64,000 nt of DNA from Nemertoderma westbladi (lineage: Eukaryota; Animalia; Xenacoelomorpha): assembly GCA_032718475.1 (NCBI GenBank), contig JAUCBJ010001698.1:13117-77116 (forward strand). The letters run 5' to 3'. The notes beneath the pieces are model-generated. The model ran no database searches. It was not told the origin of the DNA and saw nothing but the letters and a program-made list of their open reading frames with translations. The position numbers were made by a program, and so were the translations under genes. Shown here piece after piece: positions 47,346 through 62,431 of this stretch (position 1 is the stretch's first letter; each line of letters starts with the position of its first letter).

Positions 47346-49745
47346 GTTGACATTGCAGCATTTAAATTGGATAAATTGAATAGGCCTATTTGATTGTAGG
47401 TACTGTATGCTCACGGTTGAAGATCCCGGTACACGCGAGCGAACTCTACTAAATTAAAAGTAGGGCTAGAGATCGCTATGCCGTCATCCTATAACGGTAT
47501 GTTAACCTTAGCAAGTAAAAGTCACACGCAGTTACGCCAGGTAGACTAACTGAAGTAGAAGACCTACTATTTGAAGTATTTACGGCTGTCCTGTGCATGG
47601 CCTTTACTTATAGAACGCCATGGTTATAATAGAAAATTCCTGACAATGAGGTAACACTCGAGTACCTCACAACAATACAGAATACAGTACATTCCAAATT
47701 GTGTATGTCTCCACTCCACGATCATGTCTACAGTCTACAGATGCCTTAATTCCACTCCAGACATATAGACCCCTCAAATTCCTAAGGTGACACCCCTAAG
47801 AGAATACGTTCCGAACTATATCTAAAAGGTCCATATTTTTAATCACATCTTGAAGTATCTAAAGGTCCAGGACACAGTGACGTCATGTCCATGACCATGA
47901 TCAGCTACGCTCGCTATTCATGCATTTTTTAATGTTCTGTGATAAGTTCATATGATTCTATGTTTCGTACCGTTTTTCTTTGAACTGTTCGGTTTGCAAA
48001 CAGTTTCAATTTGGTTTTGTCGTCCACAACTGTGACGCCCTTATATTTCGAAGGGCCGACACCGATAAGCATTTATCGTTAACAGTTATTCATTGGAGAT
48101 GGCTGAAAAGAAGATGTACAATTTGTAATTTTGATGCATGATTTAAAACCATCGCAATAATAATAATTGTAGAAAACAACTTGGCCAACAGAACTGAAAG
48201 TAAATAACCTGAATCCGTACCAGTGGAGACATTTTTTTGTCGATTTTCCCTATACCCGTGGTTATGCTTCTTACCATTCCGGCTATTTATCTATGCCCGT
48301 TATGAAACACTTAAAAACAATTTAAAACTAAATGAATGTTGATTTAATATACTGAAAATTATATATAATAAATGCATTAAATTTAATAAATTGCGAACGT
48401 CAGACAGTTTATTAAGTTAAATGCAGTCTGGTTGTCTGGTAGTGGCAGTTGCAGTTATACAGTTGTAGGTGTGATTTATTGTAAATAATTTATTTATTTT
48501 AGATGAACAACACTTTTAATGGTTGGCTAGTGGTGGTTGGGGGCGCGGTAGGGAGTTTGGGAAGTTGGGAGCAGCCAATTTTGAAACAAAATTATAAGTT
48601 AAAGTTCTAAGTATTTGTCATTGGAAGCCGGTAAATTCGCCATAAATACAAAAATTTTCAAAGTGTTTTGCTACGGGAACTGGTAAAATGATATTAAAAA
48701 AAAACTGACGGACTACTGACTTATGTAACTCACATTGTGGCAAGATTCAACTATCAGGCCGGCAGGATATTGAAATGTACCGGTATGGTGCCTGATTTGT
48801 TAAATGATTATAGTGTACTGTATCCAATGCACCATGCACCGGACGTATGATTTATGTGTTGTGTGTAGTCCTCAAGGAGAGTGAGTAATTCATAACATAT
48901 TTATTATGGAACAACAGTTTTTCTAACATGCTTTGTGAAGGGAAAATCGACCTCTCATGAAAATATTTTTTACATGTTTAAATACGCACGCTGGACTGCC
49001 TGTAAATTGAATTTCAGGTAAATTTAATGAAAATTGAGGAAATATTGCACATTTTAAAATTAAAAATTTTTGCAACAATTATAAACACACTTGAGTTTGT
49101 GACGTGCCGCGCGAAGCGGAAATAGCATTATCTTTAAAATATTTTTTCTAAGTTGGCCACTATAGGCTGTTAAAGTTTAGGAGCGTTCTGATAAAAAATG
49201 TTCACAGTGTTTAATTGTATGGCACGGGCATTTTCGCCATGATTATTGGAAAATTAATGAAAAACATTAATGAAAAATAATTCACACAAATTTGAAGTGC
49301 TGGCACTCATAATACACCCTTGTGGAACTCCACTGAGAACAGGAACTCATTTTTTGAGTCAGACCCGCCAGCGTATTCCCAATCCTTACACTACCAGTAG
49401 GAACACATCATGAATTGGCGCTTGGGATTAGTTAATAAACTATTATTTGATTGGACGTTGAAATCATGTAAGGAATGGAGATAGGGGTCGAACTAGTGTA
49501 AGGGTTTTTTTCACTTACTGTAGATGGCAGGTAAAGACAAAGTGTTCCATTCCAAACGCTGTAAGGAATGGAGAAAAATGTAAGGGCGGTTATTATACCA
49601 ACAGTATTAGAAGAGTAGGCTAGCAGCAGCAGCAGGTGACATTAGCCTAGTTAGTAGAGGCCTATAATAGAACATCGTTGTAATGATTTATACAGGGTTG
49701 CCTGCGTAGGGCCTATGGTAAAACAATTGGAACATTGACTACTAG

Positions 49746-50804
49746 TGTTCGCGCTTTTAGACCTTAAACAGTTTAACCTGCTAATTTAAGTGTCTTATGA
49801 ATTGATTATTGCCCGTACCAATTGACATCAGCAAAAGCCAGTCTAGCGCGGCGTATGACCCACGGGTGTGGGGGTCTGGATTCGGTTCTAGAGTAGTATT
49901 GCAGTAGGCTACTTTGTATTATTCGATTGATCACTACTATATAATCTCCGACAACTATATTTCACTTTCGGGGAAATATTAACAGTTCCTTTGGGACGTG
50001 GCGCTTTAAGTATCAAACAGAGTTATGACTAACACTAATTACAACTAGTGGCAATAAGATAACGCAAATGACGCATTCTTTAGGAATGCTTTATTAACCT
50101 TCACACTAACTTTATACAATAATATTCACACTAATGCACACTGATTAGCCGACTGTCACTGATTTTTATCATATATAAGGAGGATTGCAACCACATGAAA
50201 TAGCATTTAATTCACACAGACCACTATAATTTGAGCCACAATTGCTACTGATACACCCTTCTGCTTACCTCAGTAATTAAGAAAGTCAAGGGGGATCTTA
50301 CGATTATTCATCAGTATTCTCCAAATATAACATTAATAATACATTAATATAAACAGCAATTAACAATAGTATAAAACAGTATATTAGAAAGCAGTGCAGT
50401 GCGGTGAAATGAGTATGAATTACGATGTGAAATAAGAGTGAAATGTATGTCGAGTGATGCGTTGAGAGAGTTAATAGATTTGCGTTCCTATGACTCTAGG
50501 CCACTGATGTTAGGGCAAAGTCAGAGTGTCAGAATGTCCGAATGAATTCTGAATGAAAGAATTCTCTGAATTTGCCGCATTGCGTCATCTCTTATAGGCC
50601 ACTGATAACAGAGTTAGGGAGATCGCTCTGATTGGCTGAAATATATGTCAACAAAGCACATTTCTCACACAAAGGAACAGCTGGTAGATTTTGTCATTCC
50701 AACTCTGGGTTTTTTGACAGACATGTATTTGTACAATTATAAGCCTTTTAGAGTATTTAGCGCATTGCGCAAAATGACTTATTTTGTCTGCAAAAGCTTT
50801 TATA
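49746..50804 (-). repeat. 3' LTR of element C (left boundary uncertain)
   Basis: Similar to A 16283-17488; follows PPT GGGAGCGG (50805-50812); starts TATAAAAG on the minus strand. Confidence 0.75.
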
Positions 50805-50882
50805 CCGCTCCCAGAAAATGGGATTTAAGTCTATAAAATATATATAAAATCACAGTTTCGAATATAAAAATACTCTAAACTA

Positions 50883-53267
50883 TCAGTCCTTCTTTCGCGA
50901 ACGGTGTTTACAGAGTTTCTTAAGACTGGTGAGAGTCTTTTCTCTTTGGGGCGAACCACTTTACTAGGAGGGCTATAACTCCTGGGGGAAGGGTGCAATA
51001 CAATTGCATCGGAAGGGTTAGGATTGCGGTCAGTGTATCCGCCGTTCGAGGTACCCGGTTGGTCGATATCAATATCAGTGGATCGGGATTGGACAACCTT
51101 TAGAGCTCGTTTCAGGACGGCAGCTTGTACTGGTCCTTGATTGGTTGTCTGTATGACAGCGGTAGGTTGACCGTATGTAGTGAGGAATTTTCTCGGTTTA
51201 ATCGCTTTTTCTAATTCGAGTTCCCTGGCTTTGTATTCATATGGTCGTCTATGAACTTCTTGTAGCTCGGGGTGTGCATTTATGAATAATTCACCGTATT
51301 CTTTCTTCCTCGAACAATACATATAAATTCCAATGGACTAGTCGAGTTTTAATAAATCCATCGAGATTATATGGAGGTATTACGTCATTTTCTATTCTTG
51401 AGACATTATAAGGTTTTCTAAATGAGTTTGCTTTAGTTAATGGGTCCAAATAATTTTGTAGTTGTTCAAGTTCAACAAGGTCTAGGGGATTTATCAATGG
51501 TAGAAACTTTAAACTATGTGTAGGATCTTCGGGTTTTACCATATAATATTGAGCTAAGTGGACATAATAGGGGTGCTCTTTGATCCCGTAAAATGAGTTC
51601 TGTAAAGGTCTAGCGCCTATGTTAACCTCGTGTACCATACGACGGACAAGATCCACTCGATTGCCCGGGGGCTCAACGAGTACACCGTCGACACGAGCAG
51701 CCCCGATCGGCGGACGTTGCAACATAGGATCGTCAGCGATAAGATCTCGAGATCTTAAGTTGATATCAACCGGTTGAGGTTGTGCTGTCGCAAAGAGTTT
51801 ATCTCCGAAATGAGGAACCATCAAAGGATGAATGATGGTTTTGGAGTAGAGATCAGTCATAAGTATCTGAGCTTCAGGTTGGGCTAAAGCTGCTTCTTCT
51901 CTCTCATCCATTTCGATATGTTTCTCCTCTAGCTGATTCTCCTCCGCTTGTCTTTGAAAGCATTTGTCCAAGAACTCTTGTAACGAATATGTACGTCCAA
52001 GTTCAATATCTCCCTCCAGATTCTCGATTTCGCGATCGAATTGAGGTAAAGCTAATTCTTTTACCTCTTGGACTTGTTGATGTAATCTACGTTTGTGTAA
52101 ACAATCATAGGTTCCCTTTCCGATCTTTTGCCGAATTGCATCCAGTGCGTTCCGTATGATACTTTCCTCCACCTCGGTGACAGGTTGTATCGGAGTCAAA
52201 CCAGAATGATTATATGGGTTGAACGGAGATATGTCGGCATCCCAATCCGGCTAAGTAGGATGGGCGAATATCCAAAGAGCCCACAACTGGAGTGCCACCG
52301 ACTAATTGTTCGGGTAACACCAGATCTTTGAACAATGAGTACAACTCAGGAGGATCTGTCATACTATTAGGGTCGAGAGTCTGCGGTCGCACCGGGGAAT
52401 GAGGAGGTCTGACCGAGTATTCCGGAACTCTGATCATAGGTTTACTTAAGGATCGTTTGAGTCTAGCGAGCGTAGGTGGTAGGTCAAACAAGTTTCGCTC
52501 AAAACTCCCGTAAGTATAGCGAGTAAAACTATGTTTAGCGCAACGTCTCCGCGGGTGTTTATGTAGTTCCATTTGTTGATTGGGTCTAGGGCATTCATCG
52601 CAGTAATACCAAAGGCGCACGTCTTGTAAGGGAAACGCTGGCGATCTTTCTCCAGTTTTACAATATTCCTCCATCTGTTCGAAGCTATCCTGTACAACAG
52701 GTAGTGGTCGATTGGCTGTAAGATACATCATAGTAAAATACAGTCGTTTAGGTTCCATCATAGGATTAGGATGTATATCTTGCAGATATCGTGTTTCTAG
52801 ATTTTGTTGACTAGCTACATTGAGATAAGTTTCTCTCAGGAACTCTAAATATTCGTAAAAGTCAGTACGCTTGTCCGGTTCTTCAACATCTTCTCTTTCG
52901 AGTCGGTTTCAAATAAAATTTCATATTCAATTCTCAGTTTGTCGTTCCGACTCCGCTGGGCATGATATTTAAACAAAATCATCTCCCTTTCTGTATCCAA
53001 AACGTCCGTATCATGTAAATCGATAGGATGACCAGTAGTTAAGAAGTCCATATAGGTACCATTATGATGCGTATAGCGAGCTGTGAATTTTCTATAGTCC
53101 AATTCATGCTTGAGCTGTTCCTCGGACATTGGCAGTTCGATATAACGTCCATCATCTTCCATTGTATGTTGACTTGCGTCGCTGCTTATCAAACTATCAA
53201 CAAACGCTTGTAGAGGTAGAGTATATTGCTCCCTGATATCAAGATCATCTTCTATCAACTCAGTCAT
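50883..53267 (-). pseudogene. Element C ORF2, internally deleted
   Basis: MTELIEDD start as in A; LWYYCDEC..RRCAKH; jumps from LFEEERI to EYGELFINAHP near 51296. Confidence 0.88.
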
Positions 53268-54871
53268 ATTAGATATATATGAGTTTATTGATATTATAAA
53301 TAAATAAGGCTAGCGGGTGCCGCCGCCTTTCTGTCCCCCATTGCCCACAGCCCTGAGATCCTCAGCGCTGATGTACTGCTGTCGCTGTGCCCCTCGCCAA
53401 TGTAGTAGCCACACAACGACAACAATAACCAGCGCGAGTCACTCTACTGTCCATCCCAAGGGCTCGAATATACTGGAGGTACTTATTACAGATGTAGGAT
53501 AACTTAGGGCCATTGGTCCGTTAGTCAAATGCCTTCCAGAATGCCACGTTATTATTATGTATCCTTGGATACTATCGAGATGCTATGTATTATGCATTCT
53601 ATTCAATGGGATAAGCTTTCTATTGTTCTTTGAACTCACTTCTAATTCTAGCGTGGTTGTTACTATGGTGACATTATGCAAAGCTAGCGGTAGAATTAGG
53701 GTATTTCTCATGCATGCAGATCTGGGATGCTATTTAATAGCGACTCTTGGGTTATTAATATTCACTTTATATATGATATTTATTAATTTTGTCGGCTATT
53801 GGCTGCACACTGGGAGATTCTCTCACACTGTTATACTTAATAGGGTGAATCTCCGCTCCCATGATCTATTAATTGACGAAATTTTGGGAATGTTAATAAA
53901 TTGTATAAAATGACAATTTATTTAATTCATGGGAGGATATGAATTTGAAAATTTATTCCTGTGAATTGTATTATTTAATATTAGAATAGACCCAGTTTTA
54001 TTCCAGAACATGTCTGGGGACGCTAATCATTGATTCTAGAAATTTTGTCTTTTAAGTATATCGGAGGGTACCACGATATCTTAATCGACTAAATTTGTAG
54101 ATGATCTAAGGGTTTGACAGAATTTATTTTAACATTTGTTATAACAAATGTTGTTCATATTTAACAAATAGTTAATATTAGGTTGGGCACCGATTGATTC
54201 CAGAAAATGTCTGGGGATTTTATTAACCACGGATTCTAGAATTTTGTCTTTCAAGTATATCGGTGGGTGCCGCGATATCATAATCGACTAGAATTTCAGA
54301 TGGTCAAAGTGTTTAACACATTTATTGGTCAAAGAATTTAACAGATTTATTTTGACAGCGCTACTGTTAAATGGACATCTTTCTACTATATGTATTATTT
54401 AAAATTAGGTACGAGGGCAATATTGCAAGAAGCAATGTCAGTGAGAAGAGGCAAGTCGTTTCCAAGGTCTACCCAGAGCTTGGTTTAGCCGAGACACGAG
54501 GATCTGAACTTTGCATTCCTAATACTCTACCTTACCAATAATACCTAAGTATAGTAGGAGCGGTCTAGATAGTACTTTAATAAGTACCAACATTTCATCT
54601 TATTGTAGTCACATATTTATAATAGAATACGGACAGTAAGGAAAGAGAAAATGAAATTATTTCTCGCCATTAACTAAATATATTATACTAAGTAATTAAG
54701 TAATAAAATACGAAATATATTGCACTAATCTACTGAATAATCACCGAAATATTATTATACTAAATAAAAATAAATAAAACGATCATAATAATATAAATTA
54801 CATAATAATGCGTACATAAATATAAAATAAAACAAATAAAGTAATATGTCACACACCCACTCCAATTGCTG

Positions 54872-57800
54872 TTACGTTGTTAGTCCCTAGATGTTTGTTG
54901 GATTAGGGAGGTGGTCGTAGGAAGAGTCTCTTGTTTACCGTAGTTGCCAGACAACTCTCAGTCCCGTTCCAATAAACATAAACGACCAACCGGGCGATTA
55001 AGTTGCTGAGTTTCAAAAACAATTCCAGGTTTTTTGTAGTTACGTCGAGTTAGTGATCTTCCACCTGTCTTTGGTTCCAATCGTTTATGTAAGCTTTGAT
55101 TTCGTTGTTGGCTCCTATGAAATTAGTACCTTTGTCAGATCTCATAGTGTTGTTAGTCCCAAAACGAGCGATTTGTTGGCGTAAACTCAGTATGAAGCTG
55201 TTGGTAGATAGATCATTCACCATATCAAGATGGATCGCTTTACAAGTCATACAAACAAAGATGACGCACCATCGCTTGACTATAGTACTAGCGCGATACA
55301 CTACAATAGGGCCAAGTAAATCCACACCGTTATTGGTAAAGGGTGGTTCATAACAGCTTACTCTTTCCCTCGGTAATTCTGCCTCTCGCTGTGTTAAAGG
55401 CCTACTAAATGCTTTCCTAGATGGTATACAGTTCCTAAGAACTTGGTTTAGCGCTCTACGGGGCTTATGGAAATAATAACGAGTTCGAATTTCGCTAAGA
55501 ACTCGTTCTCTACCAGCATGGTAAAGCTTACTGTGAACATCTACAATCATCTTGATTTGTATTTCAAGATTTCTAATTAGTATGGAAAACTTAGTGTCAA
55601 AGGACAATGGAGCATTGGTTAATCTCCCTCCGACACGTATTAGTCCATCTATCATTGTGCTAGAAAAAGAATCACTTAACCGCATCTGTGGATTTCTCAA
55701 CAACAGGAAATACTTTTCGGAATTCTCATAACATTGCAGGAGTCTCAGTATTTGCTTGTTGGTATCGTCATGTTTTTGGTAACTGATTTTGTCAGTTAGA
55801 AACTTATTAGGTAGCCGAAAAGTGGCAAGGTCTTTGGTAGTGTGGTCCCTTTCAGCTATTTCAGAATTGGCATCATTAGCGATCTTCATCCTGGAATAAT
55901 GATGATGGAAACATCGCTTTAAATACACAATGGCTTTGCAAAGCCGATTCCAGGAGCTATAATGAGCCATCACTCTCTGGATGAGGGGAGAGAGTCCCTC
56001 TGAGACATCTGGTGTTCCAGATATCCAATCTCTTTCCCTTATTTCAACAACGGATTTATTCGGGGCTCGGGTAACATCTATGTATTTTGGTTGATTAGGA
56101 TCCACAGCGGTGTCATTGGCGGAGAGATCAATCGCTGGCTTGAACAGTTTGTATTTACTCGTCCGGGTTTTGGGTTTGACCTTTTCTGCTCCCTTGGTTT
56201 GTCTGATCTCAGCCGTGGTGAGATTAGGGGGGCCATTTCTTATCTTCTTTACTTAGGAAGTCGGGGCCACTTAACCAATCTGGGGTATCTGTCAGTTCTT
56301 GAGGAGTTGCTCCTCTGGAGGCGATGTCGGTGGGGTTAATAGTCCCAGGGCAATGTCTCCATTGATCTATATTAGTGCAACTGAGTATAATAGCGACTCG
56401 GTTGGTAACCAAAGATGCTGAACTGACAGGCTTCATTAGTGATATATTCCAGAACGAGTAATGCGTCAGTCCAATAAACGGTTTTCTCTAGTGGATATTT
56501 GATCTGTTCAGTTACATCCCGCCCGATGGCTGTAGCATATAGTGCTGCCTTTAACTCCGCCCTGGGAACTCGCAGTTTGTTGTTTATTAGGGCCTTGGAG
56601 GTGGTTAATTAAACTTAATTCCGCCGGGAGTTTCAACCCTCAGGTAGGCTACTATACCTATTCCAATATCGCTGGCGTCTCCAAAAACATGGAGTTGATA
56701 GGAATACATGGGGAGAATGTGACCGAAATACGAGTGGGAAATCTTAAAGTTCTCGATAGCTGGTAAAGAATCCTCCCACTTCATCCACTTCTTTAGCAGT
56801 TCTCCCTGGAGTGGATCATCCCAAGAGTGGTTTTCAAGCCACATTTGTTGGACCAGACTCCGAGCAACTAGGATTACAGGACTAATAAATCCCAATGGGT
56901 CGAAATAAGTGCTCAGAATACTCAGGCAAATCCGTTTAGTTCGAATGGGGTTTTCGCGTTGTTTCAGTTGGAAGAATAAAATGTCTCTCTTCATGTCTCA
57001 TTTCAGTCGAAGGGTTTTGGTTTCGGGGAGATCGTCCTTAATGAGGTCAAAATCTTTAACACCTCGGTCTTCCACTGGGATCGATTCCAGGAACTCATGG
57101 GAGATACTAGTGAATTTGGTTAGGCGAAATCCACCTCATTGTAAACACTCTACCGTTCCCTTGGCAACCTCGATTGCTTCTTCCACAGATGGGAGGGACT
57201 TTAGGTTGTCACCCATGTAAATATATCGTTTGATGTTGTCGATAACCGCTTTAGAGAAGGTGTCTATATTATCATCGGCAGTGGTGCGCAGTACCGAACA
57301 AGCGTTCGAGGGGCTAGATATGATCCCGAAAGCCTGGATGGTCATCCAGTACTCCACCGGTTCTCAGTTGAGGTTTCCTTCAGGCCACCACAGAAATCGT
57401 AGGCTATCTCGATCCCGAGGTAATGCTTTAACTTGCAGAAACATGCCTTCAATGTCGGAGGCGAAGGCGATAGAATATTGCCGGAGTCGTAATAATATTC
57501 CAAATAAAGATTGAAGTAAGTTGGGTCCCGGAAACAGTTCAGAATTTAAGGATTGTCCCTTATAAAGGGCGGAGCCGTCGAATACTACCCGGACTTTGTC
57601 TGGTTTACCGGGTTTAGGAACGTAATGATGTGTCAAGTAATACGTTCTTTCCATTATGGGTGTCTCCGCCGGAACTCGCTCCGCGTATCCTTTACCTATA
57701 AACCGTACATAAACTTTACCTTTACCTATTGCATCTTATACATCTCTTTGGCTCGATCGTTGGATGATAAGCACCGGTGCAGTTGTTCGATTCTTTTGAT

Positions 57801-60184
57801 GGCTAAAGGTCGGTTATTAATAAAGCTGGGTTCTCTCCGCCTAAAAGGCAGACCAATCTCGTAACGACCCTCCTCCTTAATAAAACGAGTAGTCATTACC
57901 TGGATTTGTTTAGCCCTCTCTTCCTCTACTGATAAAGCTTTATCGTAAGAGTTGGGCTCTACAGCTTCCTGAGTAAAGAATCGCACTGCATGTTCATCAC
58001 GTAACTTATTGTTATATCGCTCAACTACCTCATTAAGTTCGTCGTCGTCATAAGTCAATAGTTCGTTATTCTGACATATGAGATTACACAAATTAGAGTG
58101 ATTAGTCCAAGTTTGATTCTCAGTGAGGAATTCAATGGTGTTATCCTCGTCATATAGGGTCTGGATTTCGTCGTTGTCTGAGGAGCATGAAGTTCCCTCA
58201 GCTATGATGTCCTCTTCTTTCACGGTTTCCACACACTCTCTTACCTGATGGTCTTGTTCACTTTCTAATCTTTCTTTCAAAGTCCTTCGGGATGGTCCCG
58301 TGAAATACCAACCTACTCTAGTTCGTCCCGCATACGTTTGTAAGGGTAGCGGTCGAGCAGGCCTTTCTCAATGGTTTCTAGCGCTTTGTGCGCATTCTGA
58401 CTGAGCAATATTTGTACCCCTGGGTAATCTGTTCTAAATCTGGGGACGTTATGTTGCTGGGCAAAGTTGTCCTCGTCCCAGTTATAAGGCTCTACTTGAC
58501 TAGCAGCAAAGTTCTTTATGGCCACCATTTTAACTGACCTTATACTGTCCTCGCCTGATTTGTCCTGGGGAGTCGACAACGATCCTAAGTAGAAATCCAT
58601 AGATACAGTAGATTTCCATACCTGCATGATCCCGGAAAGATTCAGTTTGGTTTCGAATCTTTCTTGACCAGCGAATATATCCTTGGCCAAATCTTTATCG
58701 ATGAAGGTGCCTGTACTACCTGGGCGTCCATGTACCCTAAGCTGCACCACTGGGACCTCTCTGATGCCGACAGATGGTTGCAAAACCTTCTATGAGGGCT
58801 GTCGATCTGGAATGGGTAGTTGTGATTCCTCTCCATCAGTCGCTGCCTCATATGTAAGGGCTTGATATACGGCTGTTTTGATCATATAGCAGGATTCATT
58901 TTCATCAGAAAACTCATCCGTATAGAATCCTTCCATCTCTGAACTTTGATCTGTGTCGTTTACGTCACTGAACTGCACATGCAGTTCTGGTTCATTTACC
59001 TTATCAAACTCTGTGTGCAGTAGGATATGATGTTTTGCTCCACACTTCGCGCACTTCACGTATGAGTAACAGGTTTTCATTTGATGTCCTCTCCTGAGGC
59101 AATTGTAACATAACCTTTTATCCCAAGTTACACTATGTCTATCCTTTAATTATTTCCTTAAGAATTCATCACACCCACTTAAGCGATGGGGCCCTTCACA
59201 CAATACACACTTAGGTTTGATGTTACTTACCTTGGCTTGCATGGTGTTTTGTACGTGAGCTCTTTCTTCGGGCTTCCTACCAGGAATTCTCTTGGGAGAC
59301 ATAGGAGGAGTTCTAAGTTGTTCTCCCTTGTTACTAGGTCGAACCTTGGGTTTACTTATGTCCTTACCTTTACTCATATAATAAGTTATTTCGGTGTCCT
59401 TGCTACTGTGTTCATCATAGGACCTTTGACTCTCATAATCGGTATAACATACTGGTGTTATCTTTCTCCTAGTAAAAGGTTAATCACTCACCTAGGTTTC
59501 TGGAGTCTTCTCTCTAGACTGTTTTATTAGCTGTAATCTTACCTCTCCGTTTAAGAACGACATAAGGTCCGCCATGGTTGGACCTCTCTGATATTGGTCC
59601 ATAAAGTATAAAACCTTTTTGTCCCAATGAGTACCTACTCCGCCCTTTGGTAAAGTTGACGCTACAGCTCCTACCACCATAGAACTTTGGTATTCATGAG
59701 ACTTACCCAACCAGTCTAACTGTCTAAAAGATCTCCTGAATCTCATCGGAAACTCTATAATCCCATTGCTAGGAAACTTCCTGGGCGCTACTAATTTCGC
59801 ATACAGATATCTAGCTATGTTAGTCCTATTACCATACCTGATGTTAAGTGTATCCCAGACTTGTCTTAATCCGTCAGGATGTCCAATAAACTTTAACGCC
59901 ATTAACTTGGGGGGGACTTCCAAGCACTCGATGAGGAATTGTAGTTTCTCTCCGTTGGATAGTACGGAGTTTTGTATGTTATCTTTGTAATATTCATTAA
60001 AAGGTAACCATTTCATCTCATCTCCATTAAACTTGACAACTTCTCCCACCTTTACAGCTTGACGAGCTTCCGTCCTAGCCATCTGACACGTGAAACTCTC
60101 TTGAGCCATCGTACTATTTAATATCGAATTATCGGTATATAAATTTCTCGGATTATTATCAGATCGGTATGGGATATCATTATC
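54872..60184 (-). pseudogene. Element C gag-pol remnant
   Basis: Fragments highly similar to A gag/PR/RT/RH/IN; RT YMGD; protease active site deleted; ~550 bp of integrase missing near 55050. Confidence 0.93.
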
Positions 60185-60223
60185 TATTATATCTCATTAT
60201 CTATTATATCATTATATATTTAT

Positions 60224-61510
60224 TATGTTTAAGGCTGCCCTTACTAGTCTTGTGTAGCAACCATCAATTCGTTGTTCAAGTGATTTAGTCAGTGTCCAGG
60301 TCTCACCCCCGTATAAAAATACACTTTCCACTGTGGCTCGAAAGAACTTAGTCTTCAGGTGCCTGGAGAGATCTGATTTCCAGATGGTATCCATTTCTGA
60401 TAGAGCTACCCAAGCCTTTGCTTTCCGTACTTCTATGTCCTTTTTGCTACTCTCTAGCCATGATCCAAGGTACTGGAAGTCGTCAACCTTCCTTAGTTTA
60501 TTATTGTCAATGGTTGTCAAGTTTCCATCAACATTAAAGGTCATGAATTCGGTCTTGATAGCATTTATATGCAATCCAACCTCCTTAGCAGCCCTGTCCA
60601 CTTTATTTAGTAGAAGCTGTGCATCTGCTAGGGTATTAGAGAGCAGGGCGATGTCATCCGCAAAGTCGGTGTCTGTGACTGTAGTTGCCGGATATCTACT
60701 ACTTCTGCGTTCTTGGAGTGTGAATCCCAGGTCTTCACCCTTTGTGGCTGTCCTCATTGCGCAATCCAGCACATTTACAAATAGTAATGGTGCTAATGTG
60801 TCACCTTGCAGTACCCTAGCCAGGATTGAGAAAAACTCAGTTTCACCATCTGGTGAGAGTACCTGCGCTTCTGTGTCACAATATAACAATCCAATGCCAG
60901 CAACAATTACTTCTGGTATTCCATAAGCTCTTAGGATTTCAAGCATTTTGCCTCTATTGATGGAGTCGAATGCCTTCTTGAAGTCCACAAAAGTCATGAC
61001 TGCGGGGAGATTCTTCGACTTAATTCCTTCAATCAGTCTCCGTAGTGCAAGTATCTGAGCTATTGTTGATCTACTTGGTCGAAATCCGTTTTGGCTCTTA
61101 CGCAATAGTTTCTCTATGTGAGGCCTAATCCTATATAGAATCATTTTATTGTATATTTTGGCAGCTACCACTAGCAGACAGATCCCACGATAGTTTGTTG
61201 GTATACCGAGGTCTCCTTTCTTGGAGAGAGGCTTTAGTTGACCTTTAGTCCAAATTGGTGGTGGCTTTTCCCTTTTTAACATCCGGTTGCAAACATTCAA
61301 TAATGGTCTGTTTAGCACTCCTGTTTTCCATACCTCCGCTGGGATTTCATCCAATCCACTCGCTTGCTTTTAATGCTTCTTTGGAGTTCGGCAGGTGTGA
61401 AGTCCCCTGTTTCTATAGGTAGTGTCTTGTCATATATTTTCCTTGTAGGGCTGACCTTGATGTTTGGTGGCTGCCCAAGCAAGTTGCTGAAGTGATTTTT
61501 CCACTTCCCA
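60224..61510 (-). mobile_element. RTE/RTEX-type non-LTR retrotransposon RT fragment
   Basis: KKGDL..NYRGICLL, QNGFR..RST, FVDFKKAFDSI, QGDTLAP, FADDIAL, FQYLGS; truncated at both ends. Confidence 0.9.
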
Positions 61511-61739
61511 ACTAGTCTGTAGTATTACTACAGACTAGGATCAATCACTGAATACCGGTATATAAGTTTATCCTAAGTTATATAAATATACAATAAGCTT
61601 ACTGTAGAAACCGATATTATCAATAAATTAAATAATAACTGATTATATCCGATTTTAGGAATTATTTCCCCTTACTCTATTACTGGTATTGAGCAATAGG
61701 TTCAACTGATATTAAGACCTAATTGATGTATAACAGGCC

Positions 61740-62431
61740 TACTACTACTACTAGGTCGAGCGAACTCGGACAGTGGAAATGAGATCCTTCCAGGCTTCCC
61801 GATTCTCCATAGTTGTCGCAATTTCGTTTCTCATAAGTTCAGTATCCCTCTCAAGTTGATCTACATATGTTATGGCCGGTCGTCCACGACTACGCTTTCC
61901 ATGAGTTGGTTGCCAGAAAAGTAGATCTGGTATGACCTCGTCTTTACTTCGCCAGCAGTGCCCACTGAATCTTAATCTGCGTTCACGGAGGGTGGTTGAT
62001 ACAGGTGGTATTGTACCATAAAGCTCGGCGTTTGTCATGTGTTGTCTCCAGCTGATGTTTAGGGCTGCCCTTAGTAGTCTTGTGTAGCAACCATCAATTC
62101 GTTGTTCAAGTGATTTGGTCAGTGTCCAGGTCTCACCCCCATATAAAAATACACCTTCCACTGTGGCTCGAAAGAACTTAGTCTTCAGGTGCCTGGAGAG
62201 ATCTGATTTCCAGATGGTATCCATTTTTGATAGAGCTACCCAAGCCTTTGCTTTCCTAACTTCTATGTCCTTTTTGCTACTCTCTATCCATGATCCAAGG
62301 TACTGGAAGTCATCAACCTTCCTTAGTTGATTATTATCAATGGTTGTCAAGTGGTTGTTAGTTGACCTTTAGTCCAAATTGGTGGTGGCTTTTCCCCTTT
62401 TAACATCCGGTTGCAAACATTCAATAATGGT
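61740..62431 (-). mobile_element. 3' end of the same RTE-type LINE with (TAG)n tail
   Basis: RRLRFSGHCWR..W.P.HGKRSRGRP C-terminus; stop codon runs directly into TAGTAGTAGTAG; 62051-62350 nearly identical to 60224-60520; fused to an upstream RT piece. Confidence 0.9.

Larger units (their letters stand above)
49746..61744 (-). mobile_element. Element C: degenerate BEL/Pao element of the A subfamily; 5' LTR not seen
   Basis: Collinear similarity to A in LTR, ORF2, spacer, pol, gag and leader (61512-61744 matches A ~14270-14604); several deletions; RTE fragment inside. Confidence 0.92.

Noticed and set aside
49375-49590. Repeated TGTAAGG(AATGGAG) words
   Set aside because: Probably a decayed MITE; no terminal repeats or TSD could be defined
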